NCBI GenBank assembly: GCA_001643675.2 | Contig: LSRY02000002.1 | Location: forward strand, 372,001 to 436,000 | Direction: 5' to 3' | DNA length: 64,000 nucleotides | Origin: Monocercomonoides exilis PA203 | Taxonomy: Eukaryota; Protista; Preaxostyla | Part shown: positions 20,401-31,800 of the stretch, piece by piece | Numbering within the stretch: the stretch's first letter is position 1 | Layout: each line of letters begins with the position of its first letter | The notes under the pieces: generated by a model | What the model saw: only the letters and a program-made list of their open reading frames with translations | What the model was told of the DNA's origin: nothing | Database searches by the model: none | Position numbers and translations under genes: made by a program

Positions 20401-22168
20401 AGAAGACACATTTGTCTATATCCTGCCCGCTCATATATACTGTTGCTGACTGAACTGTAATTGCATGAATGTCGCTGGAGTGCATTCCAATACCAAGTTG
20501 GATTGTCCAAAAAGAGGAGTTGATATCTCTGGAGAGGATGCGCTGCATTGTTCTACATGGAAACAAGTGACTGAGCCCGCATTCGAGCTTTGAGTCATTT
20601 CCTTCAACTCCGAGATGATGAGTAGTTTGTGCCTTTATCCACTGCGCAGATATTGTTCCAGAAACTGCGCCTACACAAATATCATCATTTGATGGATTAG
20701 TAAAAAAGCATGACACCAACGGAGACGGATCCAAACGCAGTACAGAACCTCCACCAATAAATAAAACATCGCCATATTTACCAGCCTTAATTGAAACAGA
20801 GCAATTATGAAAGAAACAAAAGAAGAGAGGAGCAATGATACTTTGTCCTTGAACAGCAAAATTTAAATATAGTGCACCTCCGTAACAGCTTGCGTGCGAA
20901 TGGAAAAACGAGCAACTTCTAATAGCAAAAGGCGAAGGTTTTACATCAATACAAAATGAACCACCACCAAGATCTTCAATGGTGCAATAATCGAATAAGC
21001 AATTATCGATACATGCATTACTTCCAATCTCATCGGTTTTTTCCACGCAATCAGTTCCCAAAGATGAATCAGTGATGTAAAGCCCACCTCCATAGTAATG
21101 GCCAGTTGATTGGCTAAAGTTACACTCTCTAATAGAATAACAATGATTACCATCTGCAAGGCAAATTCCTCCACCCATTCTTTGACATGAGCAATTGATA
21201 CAATGAGTTTTCAGTATATATAGTGATTTAATTTGTGAACAGCACAATCCTCCTCCTCGATTATGTGCTTGGCAGGAATCGAATACACAGTAAATAACTC
21301 TAATTTCTGCGTTATTTTGTCCAATAATGCAAACAGCACCACCGTTTGAATTAATGCTTGAATCATTCGTATCGTCTAATGTTGTAGATTGATTGTGCCA
21401 CTCATCATGATCAAATGAGAAAATGGTTGTGTTTTCTTGTCTGCTCATGTTCTTATTATTTGCATTTGGACTTCGTATACATGAACTGAATGTGTTGTTG
21501 AATGATAAAAATGAACGCAGGTTAGAATTTATGGACGGCAATATCATTCCATCGTATGCATCCCACACTCTCATAAATGAACAGTGCGTTATTACGATTT
21601 CAGCAGAAGTATTTTGCTGATTTCCCATCTGTTTAAATTGTGCATTTGTTGCCCTTGTGACGTTTAAAAACTCGAGATGATTGACTTGAAGTGTGCCTGC
21701 TATTGGCAAGGAAATAAAAGGGGTCGAAGACAGTAGAAGCGATGTAAAAGCTGAATCTGTGATAAATGCTCTGCAAGCGCTATAAGTCCTCTTTAAAGAT
21801 TGCTGCACAATTCCAGGAGAAATTAGGGTGGGGGTGATAAACTGATTGAAGTGTTGGGTGATGGTTACATTGTTAAGCCGCAGACAATCGCCATTAAACT
21901 CAAATAATGTTTTGCATTTTTCATTTGCAAGTAAGAAGTTAAAGTTGCTCAATATCGCACAAGAATTTCTGTACGCATTAAGATAACACTTTTCAACTGA
22001 ATAAAAATAGATTTCAGAAGCTTTAAATGAACTATTACTAATTTTAATCAATCCACGAAATTCGCTGTGTGAATATCCTTTTTTTGTCTTTTCATATTCG
22101 AATGCGGAAGAACAACAAAGCTTTTCTGTTATGCACAGCATGACAACAATTATTGCGCAATTCATCAT
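14423..22168 (-). CDS. Type I membrane receptor-like protein, 2581 aa: beta-helix (Pmp/pectin-lyase-like) ectodomain, TM, degenerate tyrosine-kinase-like tail
   Basis: Signal peptide MMNCAIIVVMLCI; many GGA/GGG + F..C/N motifs; four CG..PC modules; TM IWPIIVVILAVVLLIILIIAVISTV followed by RWRKQKRR; kinase C-lobe LRWKAPELL...VAFSIGMMLWECLTLQIPFG...GERP. Confidence 0.9.
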   Translation of the reverse strand: MMNCAIIVVMLCITEKLCCSSAFEYEKTKKGYSHSEFRGLIKISNSSFKASEIYFYSVEKCYLNAYRNSCAILSNFNFLLANEKCKTLFEFNGDCLRLNNVTITQHFNQFITPTLISPGIVQQSLKRTYSACRAFITDSAFTSLLLSSTPFISLPIAGTLQVNHLEFLNVTRATNAQFKQMGNQQNTSAEIVITHCSFMRVWDAYDGMILPSINSNLRSFLSFNNTFSSCIRSPNANNKNMSRQENTTIFSFDHDEWHNQSTTLDDTNDSSINSNGGAVCIIGQNNAEIRVIYCVFDSCQAHNRGGGLCCSQIKSLYILKTHCINCSCQRMGGGICLADGNHCYSIRECNFSQSTGHYYGGGLYITDSSLGTDCVEKTDEIGSNACIDNCLFDYCTIEDLGGGSFCIDVKPSPFAIRSCSFFHSHASCYGGALYLNFAVQGQSIIAPLFFCFFHNCSVSIKAGKYGDVLFIGGGSVLRLDPSPLVSCFFTNPSNDDICVGAVSGTISAQWIKAQTTHHLGVEGNDSKLECGLSHLFPCRTMQRILSRDINSSFWTIQLGIGMHSSDIHAITVQSATVYMSGQDIDKCVFSTQSISGYDADVSVCQGTLNFSVMTIQRWADKIDVVLLHAADDGCIFCDTIGINSSSTAPSLSPFSAALISCSPCGYVQLTEVTVAEMAVYDTSLLPLLSPSIALLNCSFKSITRTSGSGCVVEQTVHSTEDVQLDNISFTNCLCVDGNGGGVYAEVTNESRVSIGISAQTQFVQCIAGADANNKKRGGGIYLSVGKDSTNFELTSVTFQQCSAWQGSNVFIISETLSSVVHSPNIAFHISLDREFENEAMGCSSNNLNYAIPLLFYLTTEFPTPAFVGGQNCFDFEQCGFSGYPCATIPFAVRLRFQDTERTITLNPGFMWNDALEMNDHLWILTCVEKRTSIPVVPPTSMPFSSFIRITISTSFSNILFQLPPSLNGPSTFIASSIQGGVMTIEHCDFTAIQEKETIRYGMIGVEKGQILLCNCTVNSTICSTTPFEVISTTKITEIETTTVTVTVNSCVLTNVESLYSTNGGAMSIRLDKDGILNVVNITAHSCECCSTDSKGGFMYLDATQAIADSPFLFSSVNFNANRASLGNSLFISAKDLNKSIISTSFLFNYSMLCTDSNEFVGSDEVFEATDLFRFLIRFISTTVHLSSAGYDAIRCGSPFEPCHTLSMALSNLDKNTFNRTILVNGTISIEMCADLTNMTISSLSSGSHEEEHGILLFQTHNSRSTFPQDLSNISDSSLTNSEFLTFSNIQIRTDSSFCNTNGAVVLNKDGSLIFKSCVFVSEQIENSIANEFKSPNVLGSCSYVRMLKGRLFVDALTVDACQVASSAFTLNIGCTCTFSKLNISSVTVVERCIIAIDDEPQSEGLTMTNSETEIAVSESCIGSSSALGLCACFVSSESNSAIRLQLNASSLLIHSAPYSQKGGCVAFHLGIGGALSFSNLTMAQCCCSATEGRGGAVHVSTMVNSDFPIPILFENMTFRSNTAHIGNDVFVQCTNIQAQINEEQFLIDFRDPKYNPFNSIWGCDTIDNRDVDLMDFITIYMADTIVVSYKEGNPSAADDRSCGSHLHPCLSLNYASHHLSHDFISALYVDTAAWINSAFSIANTLLSAKITGDAITTIRSPTSLIDGTVVMCTSNVTIIGLTFKVEGQMPAETKTLFAFCAAKSEIRLCNFTEEHPSSGVVFELFSIESCQCELSQISISRIYSCSAIIALVQSSLSIFRVSISDVKCGECIRSEGASSILNCSDLFVHNATTTHPPIFSYHFLSHDEGETPSELELSSSIFSNLTKSSFGQSAASSAMLQALGKTFVKNTSFSYTSPDPASGCILEIAQCPHVELEQCVLLGTIATDQLVDKTSSANQLCSWNGSALTLRDCSSVLTNITITNSSAGALGVIGGSSSLHMCSFANNSPNVPSNHKYPSYRRNIRCTTDAALHLSSLIQEDLATNVSSLWILSDSCTLSGLPLFFKSPFFVPLLASVQSEELGSEVFLRFKGYLLLPCNLSFMIVKQVGEEKEIVKYSFLEEGYVSETEVKGIVEKELISSCGEETEVSVSILFGDTNNPSSTDSFILKNRSEPKTNGDARIAEGGKEGKSIWPIIVVILAVVLLIILIIAVISTVRWRKQKRRTEELEVIVADTVKKDPKAFEMVTMEMSPEEQWRRAEREAEKKNEERMKKRVYEKSLGHSESSEHLLSESGSTEYILGRDSDKIPEWMLEKVEEKEEEEVRKQTPSPSISSTSTTDTSDTESTFVRSESLCPTTSSMSNLVDAMACSSPHEKLIVDLRDSLFMLLHGRNKTKEMAIGTLEERVITAAQILFWVANLALHSFDEMENPLQSLANLSPHIVLFSEHMVICIVMHSDFSSSDSDSSSISSTTVVTSASDDDGSDSLPSSAFEDEDGFKKECLRWKAPELLINKKMGATKESVAFSIGMMLWECLTLQIPFGDYEGEMAGQKIVNGERPRLEMIEGTRLFGVAKRSLSAVMEERPGLVGMKREFLGCFPPGTFVMTMSDAVGYDEESDRGRESGRRGSGESKEGLEEDNKKS

Positions 22169-22890
22169 TAAAAATTTTGATATTGTTTTATCACAAATCC
22201 AATAAAAATAGTATATATTATGATCAGCCGGAATATTTTTAATAACCCATTTTCTGTCAAATACAGCCCAGCTTGATAATTGTCACCTCGGCTGTCATGA
22301 AGATGATGAACAATGACACTTTTTTGGAAAAGAAATATTTGTTATATAATTATGTTATTTTTCATCGTTTGAAATCAAGAAAAAAACAACTTCTTTCAAA
22401 ATTGTGAAAAACAACGTGTATTTTTATGTCAATAAAGATTGTTTTCAAAGAAAGAAAGAAAGATGTAATTTTTCACTTCAATATAAACATTGAAGTGTGT
22501 TTTTTCATAGCATCACAAAAAACTGTTTCTAGAAGATGGAATTTTTAAATATTTCAAATAATCAATTTTTCTTTAACGACTACAACAAAGAATGAAGGAA
22601 AAAAAAATGGAAGTTTTCAAAAGATTGTTATAAACCGAAATAATGATCTCAAGTGTAATTTTTTAAATATTTTTATCTAATTGAGAAAGGTGTAATAATA
22701 ATTTCATTTCTTTATAAATTTTGAATGAAAAATGGAAGTTTCTTTGATTTTCAATCGGTCTGAAATTCCTTCTATTTTTATTCCTGAAAGATTATTTTTT
22801 GTGAAAATTAGCCATTCTCTTCAAAAACGTCCCATGATGTTGACCCTATCGTGTGACTGTTCTTTTGAATTGATTAACTTATTTTTACAG

Positions 22891-25800
22891 TTGCTTTAAA
22901 GCTTGAAAAAATAAAAATAGCGACAAATAATAATTCTCAAATCTCTTCAAATGAGATTGACGTTTCAGTTAAAAAATTTGGAATTAGCAGTGATAAATCT
23001 TCAACTTTAAATCAGCATTCACAAAATGTACAACAAAAAGCAAACAAACCTGTTTGAAAAAATGCTTTATTGCATTTACATTTAAAATCAATTTTTCATC
23101 TTTTCTTTTCATAGAGAATTACAATACAATCCGTGAGTAGAATGGATGTTATTGAGCGTTATCTATCTGTTCATAAAGTGTTAGATCGCGTAACTTTGAA
23201 ACATCTTCTCAGTTTGCGTCTTATCTCTCTTTTGAATTTATGATTAGTTGAAACATAATCTTTAAATTTTAGTGAAAGAAGAGCAATGTTCAAAAAATAT
23301 TGATCATAGAACACTAAATCGTATTTTTTCTATGATGGAAGAGAAAGGGATTATCACAGAAATTGAATCTGAGTTTGCATAATTTTTTAACATTTTTATT
23401 CGTGAAAGAATGGGATTTGGATGTTGAAATTGTTTTTCATGAATTGTTTTTATGTAGAACTACAACGACTTCGGGGTTTTCTCTGCCTGTGCGCCTTTTA
23501 TTGTACAAAGGAGTGAAGCCTAGCGATTCAATAGTCGGTGATTATCTCGCAACATTGAGAACAATGAACGGAAAAGGGTTAGATCCATCGCATTTTGTGT
23601 TACCCAGTCAAGTGCAAGATAAAGCACAACAAGAACCTTCAGAAGCGACAAAGAGCTCAATTTTAAATGAACTGAATTCGACTGATTCACTTCATTGCAA
23701 TGAACTATCTTGCGAATTGTCAAATATTGTTCACAGAAATGAAAAAAACAAAGAAGTTTTTTCAACTTCATCAGAATCAGCAAGCGTTCAGGTGAATTCA
23801 TTTTTTCCATTTGAATCTCAAGACTCACAAGGCTCTTCTTCAAAGTCATTTCAAGAGGATGCTGCATTTCCTCTATCGCACAGTTCAATTCCTGTTTCAA
23901 CTGAATCATCAATTGAAGTTCCGTCATCAAAGAAAGCAGACTCCGCTAGCTCTGAATGCAATTTGTTTCATAAGCAAACAGAATACAGTTATGATTCGGA
24001 GCAAATTCAGTCATCGTCCAATGCCAAACCTTCTAATTCTCGTTCCATAGGCTCTTCTATCCCTCTTTCTCCATCTTTCGCGACAACGCCTTCATCATCT
24101 TCTTCCTCATCCTCATCCTTATCCTCTTCTTCATCCTCATCTCCCTCTTCATTTGCCTCAATCCCTCTGCGTGTGACAACAGCCTGTCCAGTCAACCTTC
24201 CCCTGTGGCGTGTGGGCGACTGGATGTTCCGAGACATTCCCTCTCCAAACACACAGCGGCTGGCCATCGCCAAGCAAAACGGCTTCATCGTGCCCAAAAT
24301 GGAGCGTGCCAGACTGCTTCACCAGTGGCTCGTGGGGAAAGTGTGTGAAAGAGAGAACGACTGGAGCAGATGGAAAGCATTGGAGAAGGCAAGATGCGGA
24401 AGGGAGGCATACGGAGCAGACGAGCTTCAGTACGACAGGACAATTGGAGGCAGCCTGAGGCACAGCAAAAGCTTGAATGATTTCCAGACGATGGAAGAAG
24501 CACACCAAAGCGAACCTTCTTCTTTTCTGTTATCTGACTCAACTGCCAAGCCAGCAACTCATATCAGTTCTCCCTTTGACAGTGAGTCCTTTGCCCAAAC
24601 ACATGTCTTCTCTGTTCCGTCTCTTTTTGATGCTCTTCCGCTCAGCCTCTTCTGTCAAGTCATCGGCGTGTTCTCTGACTCGCCTGCACTGAAGCCGCTT
24701 CTGCCTCTGGAGGACCCTCTCTCTTCTATGCACACCCTCCACCGGATGCTCATCTTCAGCGAGAACTATCCAAAAGAGGTGTTTCTGGTGCTGCTGCAGA
24801 CGCTGGCAGAGTTGGGGCTTGGCGGCTGGGTGGATAAAGCAGAAGATGAGCAGGGCGCAAGGAAACAGGTGAAAGAAGAGGAAAATGCGAAAGAAGACGG
24901 AAAAGCGGGATCGGCAGCTAATAGAAATGCAAAGGAACAAGCCGACATTTTTCATTCAGTTAAAAACAAGAATATAAGATTTGTCGTTTTTGACAAGATA
25001 ACATTGAAAAATGCACTAAAACCAAAACCGACTTTCTATTCTTCAGAAGAGCTTAACAATTTCATTAGAACACCAAACAATGATTCGCAGCTAGCAAAGA
25101 ATTCTGGAAAGGAAGAAGATATCAAACAAATGCAGAATAACAGAATTCGCCTCACAACACTGGAGATGCTGGAGAAGATCGAGGAAAGAGAAGATCCTCA
25201 TCCTCTACTGGAAAGCAATCGACCTTATGTGTTTATTGAAAGAGCTTCGACACAACCAAAGCAGCCATCGTCTCCATCTGCTTCTTCTTCTTCTTCTTCT
25301 TCTTCTTCTTCTTCTTCTTCTTCTTCTTCTTCCGTTTCTGGTTCTGATTCTGATTCCACTTCAGACATTAACCCTGCCTTGGTTCAAAGCTCCTCTTCAG
25401 TCATGGAGTTCTGGGCAGATCTTCAGCAGGTGTCACATCACGTCTTTTTGGCAGCATACGATTTTTCGTTCGTCCGCATCATTCTTCCGCTGCGAAGCGA
25501 GCCTTGTTCCAAATGTAGAGCGCTGCGGCAGATCAGACGAAAGATAAAAGCAGCCATCGTCAGGCAGGCCAAAAGGGCGTGGAAGATACAAAAGTGTGGA
25601 GAAGACGGGGAAGAAGCAGAAAAAGGTGAGAGAGTTCGAACGCAGCGGTTTTCAGAGTTTTTTCCTTCGGTGCAAGGAGAGGCTGGAAAAGATAGTGGAG
25701 AACAAGCAAGTTCTAATGGAGAATTCAAAGAACTGACGTTTGATGGGCTGCAGCATGCTGACTCAGAAAGTGACTTTGCTGATGAGCTGACAGACAATTC

Positions 25801-28800
25801 ATTCAGTTTTGTTGTTAATGACGACGAGCTCAGAGAGAATGTTTTGACTGAGTCTCTGTTTGACAGGGTGATGAAGGTGAGGCACACGACATTGTGCTGT
25901 GCGAAGCATCTTGTCAAGACAACATCGACACCAGAGACATTCAACCCGCTCAGCTGGAACAGCCTCATGTGGGAAGATATCATTGCAAGAAGCAGCGAAA
26001 AAGAAGAGAGAGATGAGAAGGACAAGTCAATTATCGGACTGTCTGTGAAAGAAGAGCCAGCAGAGCTGGCTGCACAGGAGAATAAGCAACTACTTGGAAC
26101 TAAAGAGAAGAAAGGTAACGACCTTTCCAATGAAAGAGGGTGGAATACAAGATTTATCAGTCCGTCTTCTCTTCAGCAGTCGTATTACAGGTTTATTGCC
26201 TCCTTCCGAGGCATCGCCGCAAAAGTCCGAGAGCGCCACACGTCCTTCTCAGCACCAGAAGTGGTGGAAGCGATGGCTCGTTCTGTGCTGCCCTTGAACC
26301 AGCTGACCATCACGCACACCCGCTTTGCCCGCCTGTCTACTGAAATGGGCATTCCGCATCTCCACTTCCTCTCTCTCTTCATCTCTGCCCTCTTCTGCCA
26401 CCTCGTCCACAGGACCCATTTCCTCTCTGCACTCCACCCGCTCTCTGCTCCTTCTGCGAAGGAATACCCAAAATACGGAGGACCGCACAACCTGCCCAGG
26501 CGCGTCACTCGGATTGAAAGGAGCGAAAATGAGCTGATGCAAATTCGAGCAGACTCCCGCTTTTCAGTCAGACTGCACGACGCTTTTATACTCCGCGGAG
26601 ATTTATCAGCATTTCTACCAAAGCCATCGAATGAGTCTTCTTCGTGTGCTTCAGATGTGAATGACTCTTCTGATGGGTTGGAAAGCAAGTCCAGAATAAT
26701 TCCCTTTCGAAGGTTCATATTTCAGCTGTCCGTAGCACACAACAACAGCAAAATAGATCCATTCACAAATTTCTGCTCAAAAGAGACACATTCTGTCTGT
26801 TTGGAAGATTCAAATGCCAAGCAAACGCTCTTCGAGAGAGTTAATAATTGCAGCTTGAGACTGAAAGATGCACTGAAGCTTTACACACGAGAAATGACGC
26901 GGTTGGAGCGTTGTGAGCTTCTATCACACAGTTTGGATGAACATCCAATGAAACACGCAGACACAAACAAAAGCAGAACAACTGCTCTCATTGAAGACCC
27001 ACGGCAAATGCAGACTCCACAATCGTTCAACACACAACAGCAGTCACTCACATCTCCTTTGACGCAGCGAAGCTCAATTGCCACTCTTCCTCAATCGATG
27101 CCAGCATATCCCTCTCTTTTGCACAACCCAACGCTGTCTTCTTTGATTCCGTTATCCTCTTCTCCCACAAACTCTCTCAGCATCACTTTTCCTATTGCCT
27201 CGTATTCGTCCACGCCAAAAATATACGCCTCTTCCACCTCAACAAAAAGCATGTGGTCAATCGACGACAATGTGCGTCTCATGCAGCTCCATCGCAACTT
27301 CAGCCATCTGATGCTGGAAAAGAGCGAAGAGGATGATTCCGAAATGAAAACAAATCAAACAACACAGCCAGGTGGCAATGCAGATTCTTCTGCTTCTTCT
27401 GCTTCTAAGCCAGATGTTAAGAACCACCCTGCATCTATTCACTTTGCGAGAAGCTTGTTAACTCCCAAAGGACTCTTAACTCCTCTCAAATGTCGCTATG
27501 CTCTTTCAAAACAGCTTCTGCGGGACCTTCCGCCTTCTGCAAGCCTCATCCGCAACGCCATCGTCGCCAAAAAGAACGATGGGAGCATTCAATTTGGTGG
27601 TGAGGCGTCAGGTCGAAGGGACTCGCAGGAGACGTCAGATGTGCTGCCGAGTCTGCTCACCGACTGGACGAGCATCTCCAACGCGATGCACTCAGAGCCA
27701 GTGAATGTGCGCAGGCACTTCTGGCGACTGCTGCAGAAGCCGCCCTACCGGCGCGCCTACATCGAGTACGTGGCACAAGACAAGCAGATCCCGCGCGAAC
27801 TACTCAAACAGATGAAAAATGCTATCAGGATGCCTGGGTTCAAAAAGAAGAAAAGGAAAAGAAAAGCTGATGATGTTGATGATGATGATGAAATAAATGA
27901 CTTCATTGTGGATGATGACAGCATGTTCGACAAGGCAGGCAGTTTGAGTTTGACAAGCACAGGCATTTCAGAATTGGCAGAGGAAGAAGAAGAAGAAGAG
28001 ATGAGCGATTCCTATTCGTCAGATGAAGAAGATGGGTTCGAAGGAGCTAAAAGGGACAGAATAAAACATCGCAGCAATAGAGCAGCATTCAGAGTGGCGC
28101 ACGCTTTTGATAAAGAAGATTCAGAATTTGTTCTGTCTGAAGAAGGAGGAGATGGTGGAATTGGAAAAGAGAATAACGATGAGGGTCTCGATTATGATGA
28201 GAGTCGTATTAAAAGAAAAAGAAGAAGAGATGAAAGAAGAAGACGACTACGAGACAGGAAAAAGGGAATAATTCGCGAAAATGTGTCTGAAGTGGAAGAA
28301 AAAGAACTCCATTTTGGATTGTCAGAAGATGAGCTGCTGGATGATTCACTGTCTGCAGATGAAAGCATCTCAGATCTGCTCAACGAAGGAGACAGTGAAA
28401 GAGCCAACGGAATCAGACAATTGAAGAGCAAAAGAAGGGATCGTGAAAGAAAAATGGAAAAAAGACAAAAGCTTGCAAAGGACAGAGCACAACGTGCGAA
28501 AGAAGCAAAGCGAAAGACAGCTTCGACGAAGCAGAAAGAAAAGAGTGAAGAAAGAAACGAGGCTGAGAACTCAGAAGAGTCAGAAGACTCATTCCTTCCG
28601 TCAGTCGACGACGATTTGTCTATTCTGTCCAGCAACGATGAACATGCTGCAGAAGAGAAGCAGGCAAAAGCAGCCATCCGCCAAAAGAAGCAGATGCTCA
28701 ACTTGCAGCAAAAGATGCTTAGTGAAATGGATGCAGACGGTGAGCTGCCTTATCCACAGCTCGAGATCTTGCCACAGTCTGCTTCGGCTGAAGAAACACA

Positions 28801-31800
28801 GGCAGACTCTGCTTTCTGTAGGTATTCTCGTCGCTTCTCGCTGGCTACACCTGTCAATGCCTTTCTGACACTCCATCCGATCAGCCCTCTTTCCATCGAG
28901 GTGCGCTTTTCCATTCCTTTCCACTCGCTCACTTCTTCCATTGCTGTTCCTTTCTTATCTCCTGCTTCATATTTATTCACAGGGTCGTTTCCAGGCAGAG
29001 TGTACACAACCTCTCTTCAGGACATGCATGACCGCCTGCGAATCCTTCTTCCTCTCTCGCCGCGCATCACCCAGGCGTGGGAGCAGGTGATGCTGATGCT
29101 TGCTCTGCCCCACCGCTCTGTCACACTCACAGAACTGGAAATCTGCCTCAGAAGGTTTCCGAGGGAGGATCTGGTGATTGCACTGCAGAGGTCGGTTAGA
29201 TCAGGAATGGTGAAAAAGGACAAACCAGATCAGAGCATGAACGGGACGGAGAGAAAGAGGAAGCAGAAAAAGGAGAGAAAAGAGAGTTATTTCGGGGGAA
29301 GTGAAGATGAGCTGTATGACGGAGGCAAAGACGAGACGAGCGACGAAGATTTTGAGCGATTTCTGTTTGGGGATGAAAATGACGATGATTTCTTGTTCAG
29401 AGAAATTGATTTTAGAGAGCCCGGCTCAGCAAATCTTTTGAACAGAAATGGTGTTGCAGGCGTTGATGTGGAAACCGATGCCCCTGTTTTGCCGAAGGAA
29501 GCAAACAGCCCAATACATCAGTCAGTTGGAGCATCAGATGGAAGTGGGAGTGAGAAAGGAACGCCAACAGCAGCAGACAATAATACTATCACAATGGATC
29601 AAGCACAAGAGAAATCAATGTCAGATGTTAGTACCAATCTCTCCTCTCATTTTCTGCCTTCATTAATGTTGGATTCAACAGCCTTTCCGAATGCGCAGGA
29701 GCAGTCAAAGTTTGTCATTGCTAACAAAACCAGGTATTCGATGAAGAAGGAGTATCGCTTGGCTGCCTGTGGAGGACACGTCTTGCCCACAAACGCTGGA
29801 AGCCGACTGACTCAGTTCTTCAACGAGCTCACAGGGCAGATTAAGAAGGACAGCAGGGAAAAGGAAGAGAAGATTATTGATGTTAATCAGCAACTGATGC
29901 AAAATGACGTGCAAAAATCTCAAAAGGATGAAACAAGAATAGAAGAATTAAAAGAAACGAATAAATCTATTTCTGAAGCTTCAAATGATATTGATGCAAG
30001 CAATAATCAGCTTAAGAAAGATGCAATTTCAGCTTCTCCAAACATCGCTGGTTCTGTTTCATTGAATTATCCTTCTGATTCAGTTGATGAATACACCACA
30101 ATAGCACAGGTTAGCTCCATTTGCCTGCTTGGTGTGTTGTATATGATGATAATTGAGTTTGTAGAGGTTGAGCCGGCTTTGCCAGAGCAGCCTCGGAAAA
30201 TAATGGCGAAGCATATCAACAAGTCAGTTAAGAGGAAGAAGACTGCGACAAAAGAAAAAGAAGCTTCAAAAACAGAGAAAATGGAGAAAAGCAACATATC
30301 AAACGAGATTGATCACAGTAAAGAGTCAGCAGAAGCAGACAAGCAAGTGCTTTTACAAGCAAATGAAGAGAAAGATGTGAATTCTGATGAGGAAGAGGAT
30401 GACGATGAAGATGATCATGATCCATATCAGGTTCAAAAGGCGCTTGTGAAGCTTGGGATGCTGACTGTAGACAAGAGCCAGAACTATTTGATGGTGGGGT
30501 GGGCAATGAAAGCGAAGCCTTCAAAATTGTGGATGAAAAAAAGGAGAAGTTGTTGTTTAAACGGAAAAGATCATAGAAATGCACAAAAGACAAAGAAAAG
30601 TGCGACAAATGGCAATGAGATTCAAGTGAGAAATGAAAAAGCAAATGATCCAAAAGCTGAAAGATTCTTAGCAGATGATATTGTTCATATGTTCAACAGC
30701 AGCAAATTTAAGTATCCATCAGTTCGCCTTGATGATTTGTCTGTTGCGTCGTCATCTTCGTCTGAGCCATTTCCATTCGGTTATTCCCAGCAGCACTCAG
30801 AAAGACATTCATATCAGCGTATATCTCCCTCCCTCTCTCCGTCTGAGACGCCGTCCCTTCTTCCACCTTCGCTCTTGTCAGAAACACCTGCTTCTGCTTA
30901 CACTTCTCGTTCCGTCTCTTTGGAAGCAACTGCAGACGATGAAAGAGCTTTCTCTGAAGTTCTTCTTAACAACAAAAATGTTCCTCTTGTGAATATTCGC
31001 AATGAAGCTATCAATGCAACCAATGGAGATGATTTGAACGAAGAATCTGATTTTCCTTTCAGCGACAGTGAAGATGAGTCAGAATCTTCTGGGGCATTGC
31101 CAAACGCTCAAAAAAGGTTGAGGATTGAGTCAAATATCGAATCTCCAAAACACCAACTGGATTCGCCAACAATACAAAACACTGAAGCCACAGAGCCTCT
31201 TGCTGTTCCATCTCTTTTGGAGTTCAGCCAATCACAGGCAATTGATTCAGATGATGTTACTTCTCCAAACATTGCAGAGCATCCCATTTTCAATCAAATG
31301 GCTACTGAAACATCAATGGCACATCTCAATCAATCATTAGATGTAATTGAAGTCAGCCAAGACGAGTCATCAAAACAGCCAACAGCTCAAGAACTTGATT
31401 CTTTTTACAGCTCGATTCATTCTTCAGCCCCAGCAATCACACAAGAACAATCAAACCTTCTTCTGTCGCTTATCAAAAACGGACCAAAAGTTGTAAAACT
31501 TGACTGGGTTGGTAGTTCATCTCGTGAAGAATTATTGCCTTTCCCGCTTTCTCTTTTCAAAGATTCGCCTTTCTTTGCCTTTTCTCATTCTTCATCATTG
31601 TCTCTTTCTTCTCTTCTCCAATCTCCTTCTTCATCGCCATTTCTTTCCTATCAGCAAAAAGATTCTATTCATATAAGCAAGGAATTGTTGATGGCGATTG
31701 TCACTCATTGTATCAACGGTGTTTCTTATCCATCGTCTGGCTCTGAAAGAGATGTCATCCCATCCGAACCAGCAACGCTCATATCTTTGATTGAGTATGT

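Noticed and set aside
14423-22168. Bacterial contamination or recent transfer of a Pmp-like autotransporter
   Set aside because: No beta-barrel; it has a single TM with a eukaryotic kinase-like tail, paralogs in the window, and intron-containing neighbours.
23363-23457. Listed N-terminus of the 3271-aa ORF (MNLSLHNFL...)
   Set aside because: The TTG start is read-through of an intron (23373-23457); real upstream exons are in other frames.
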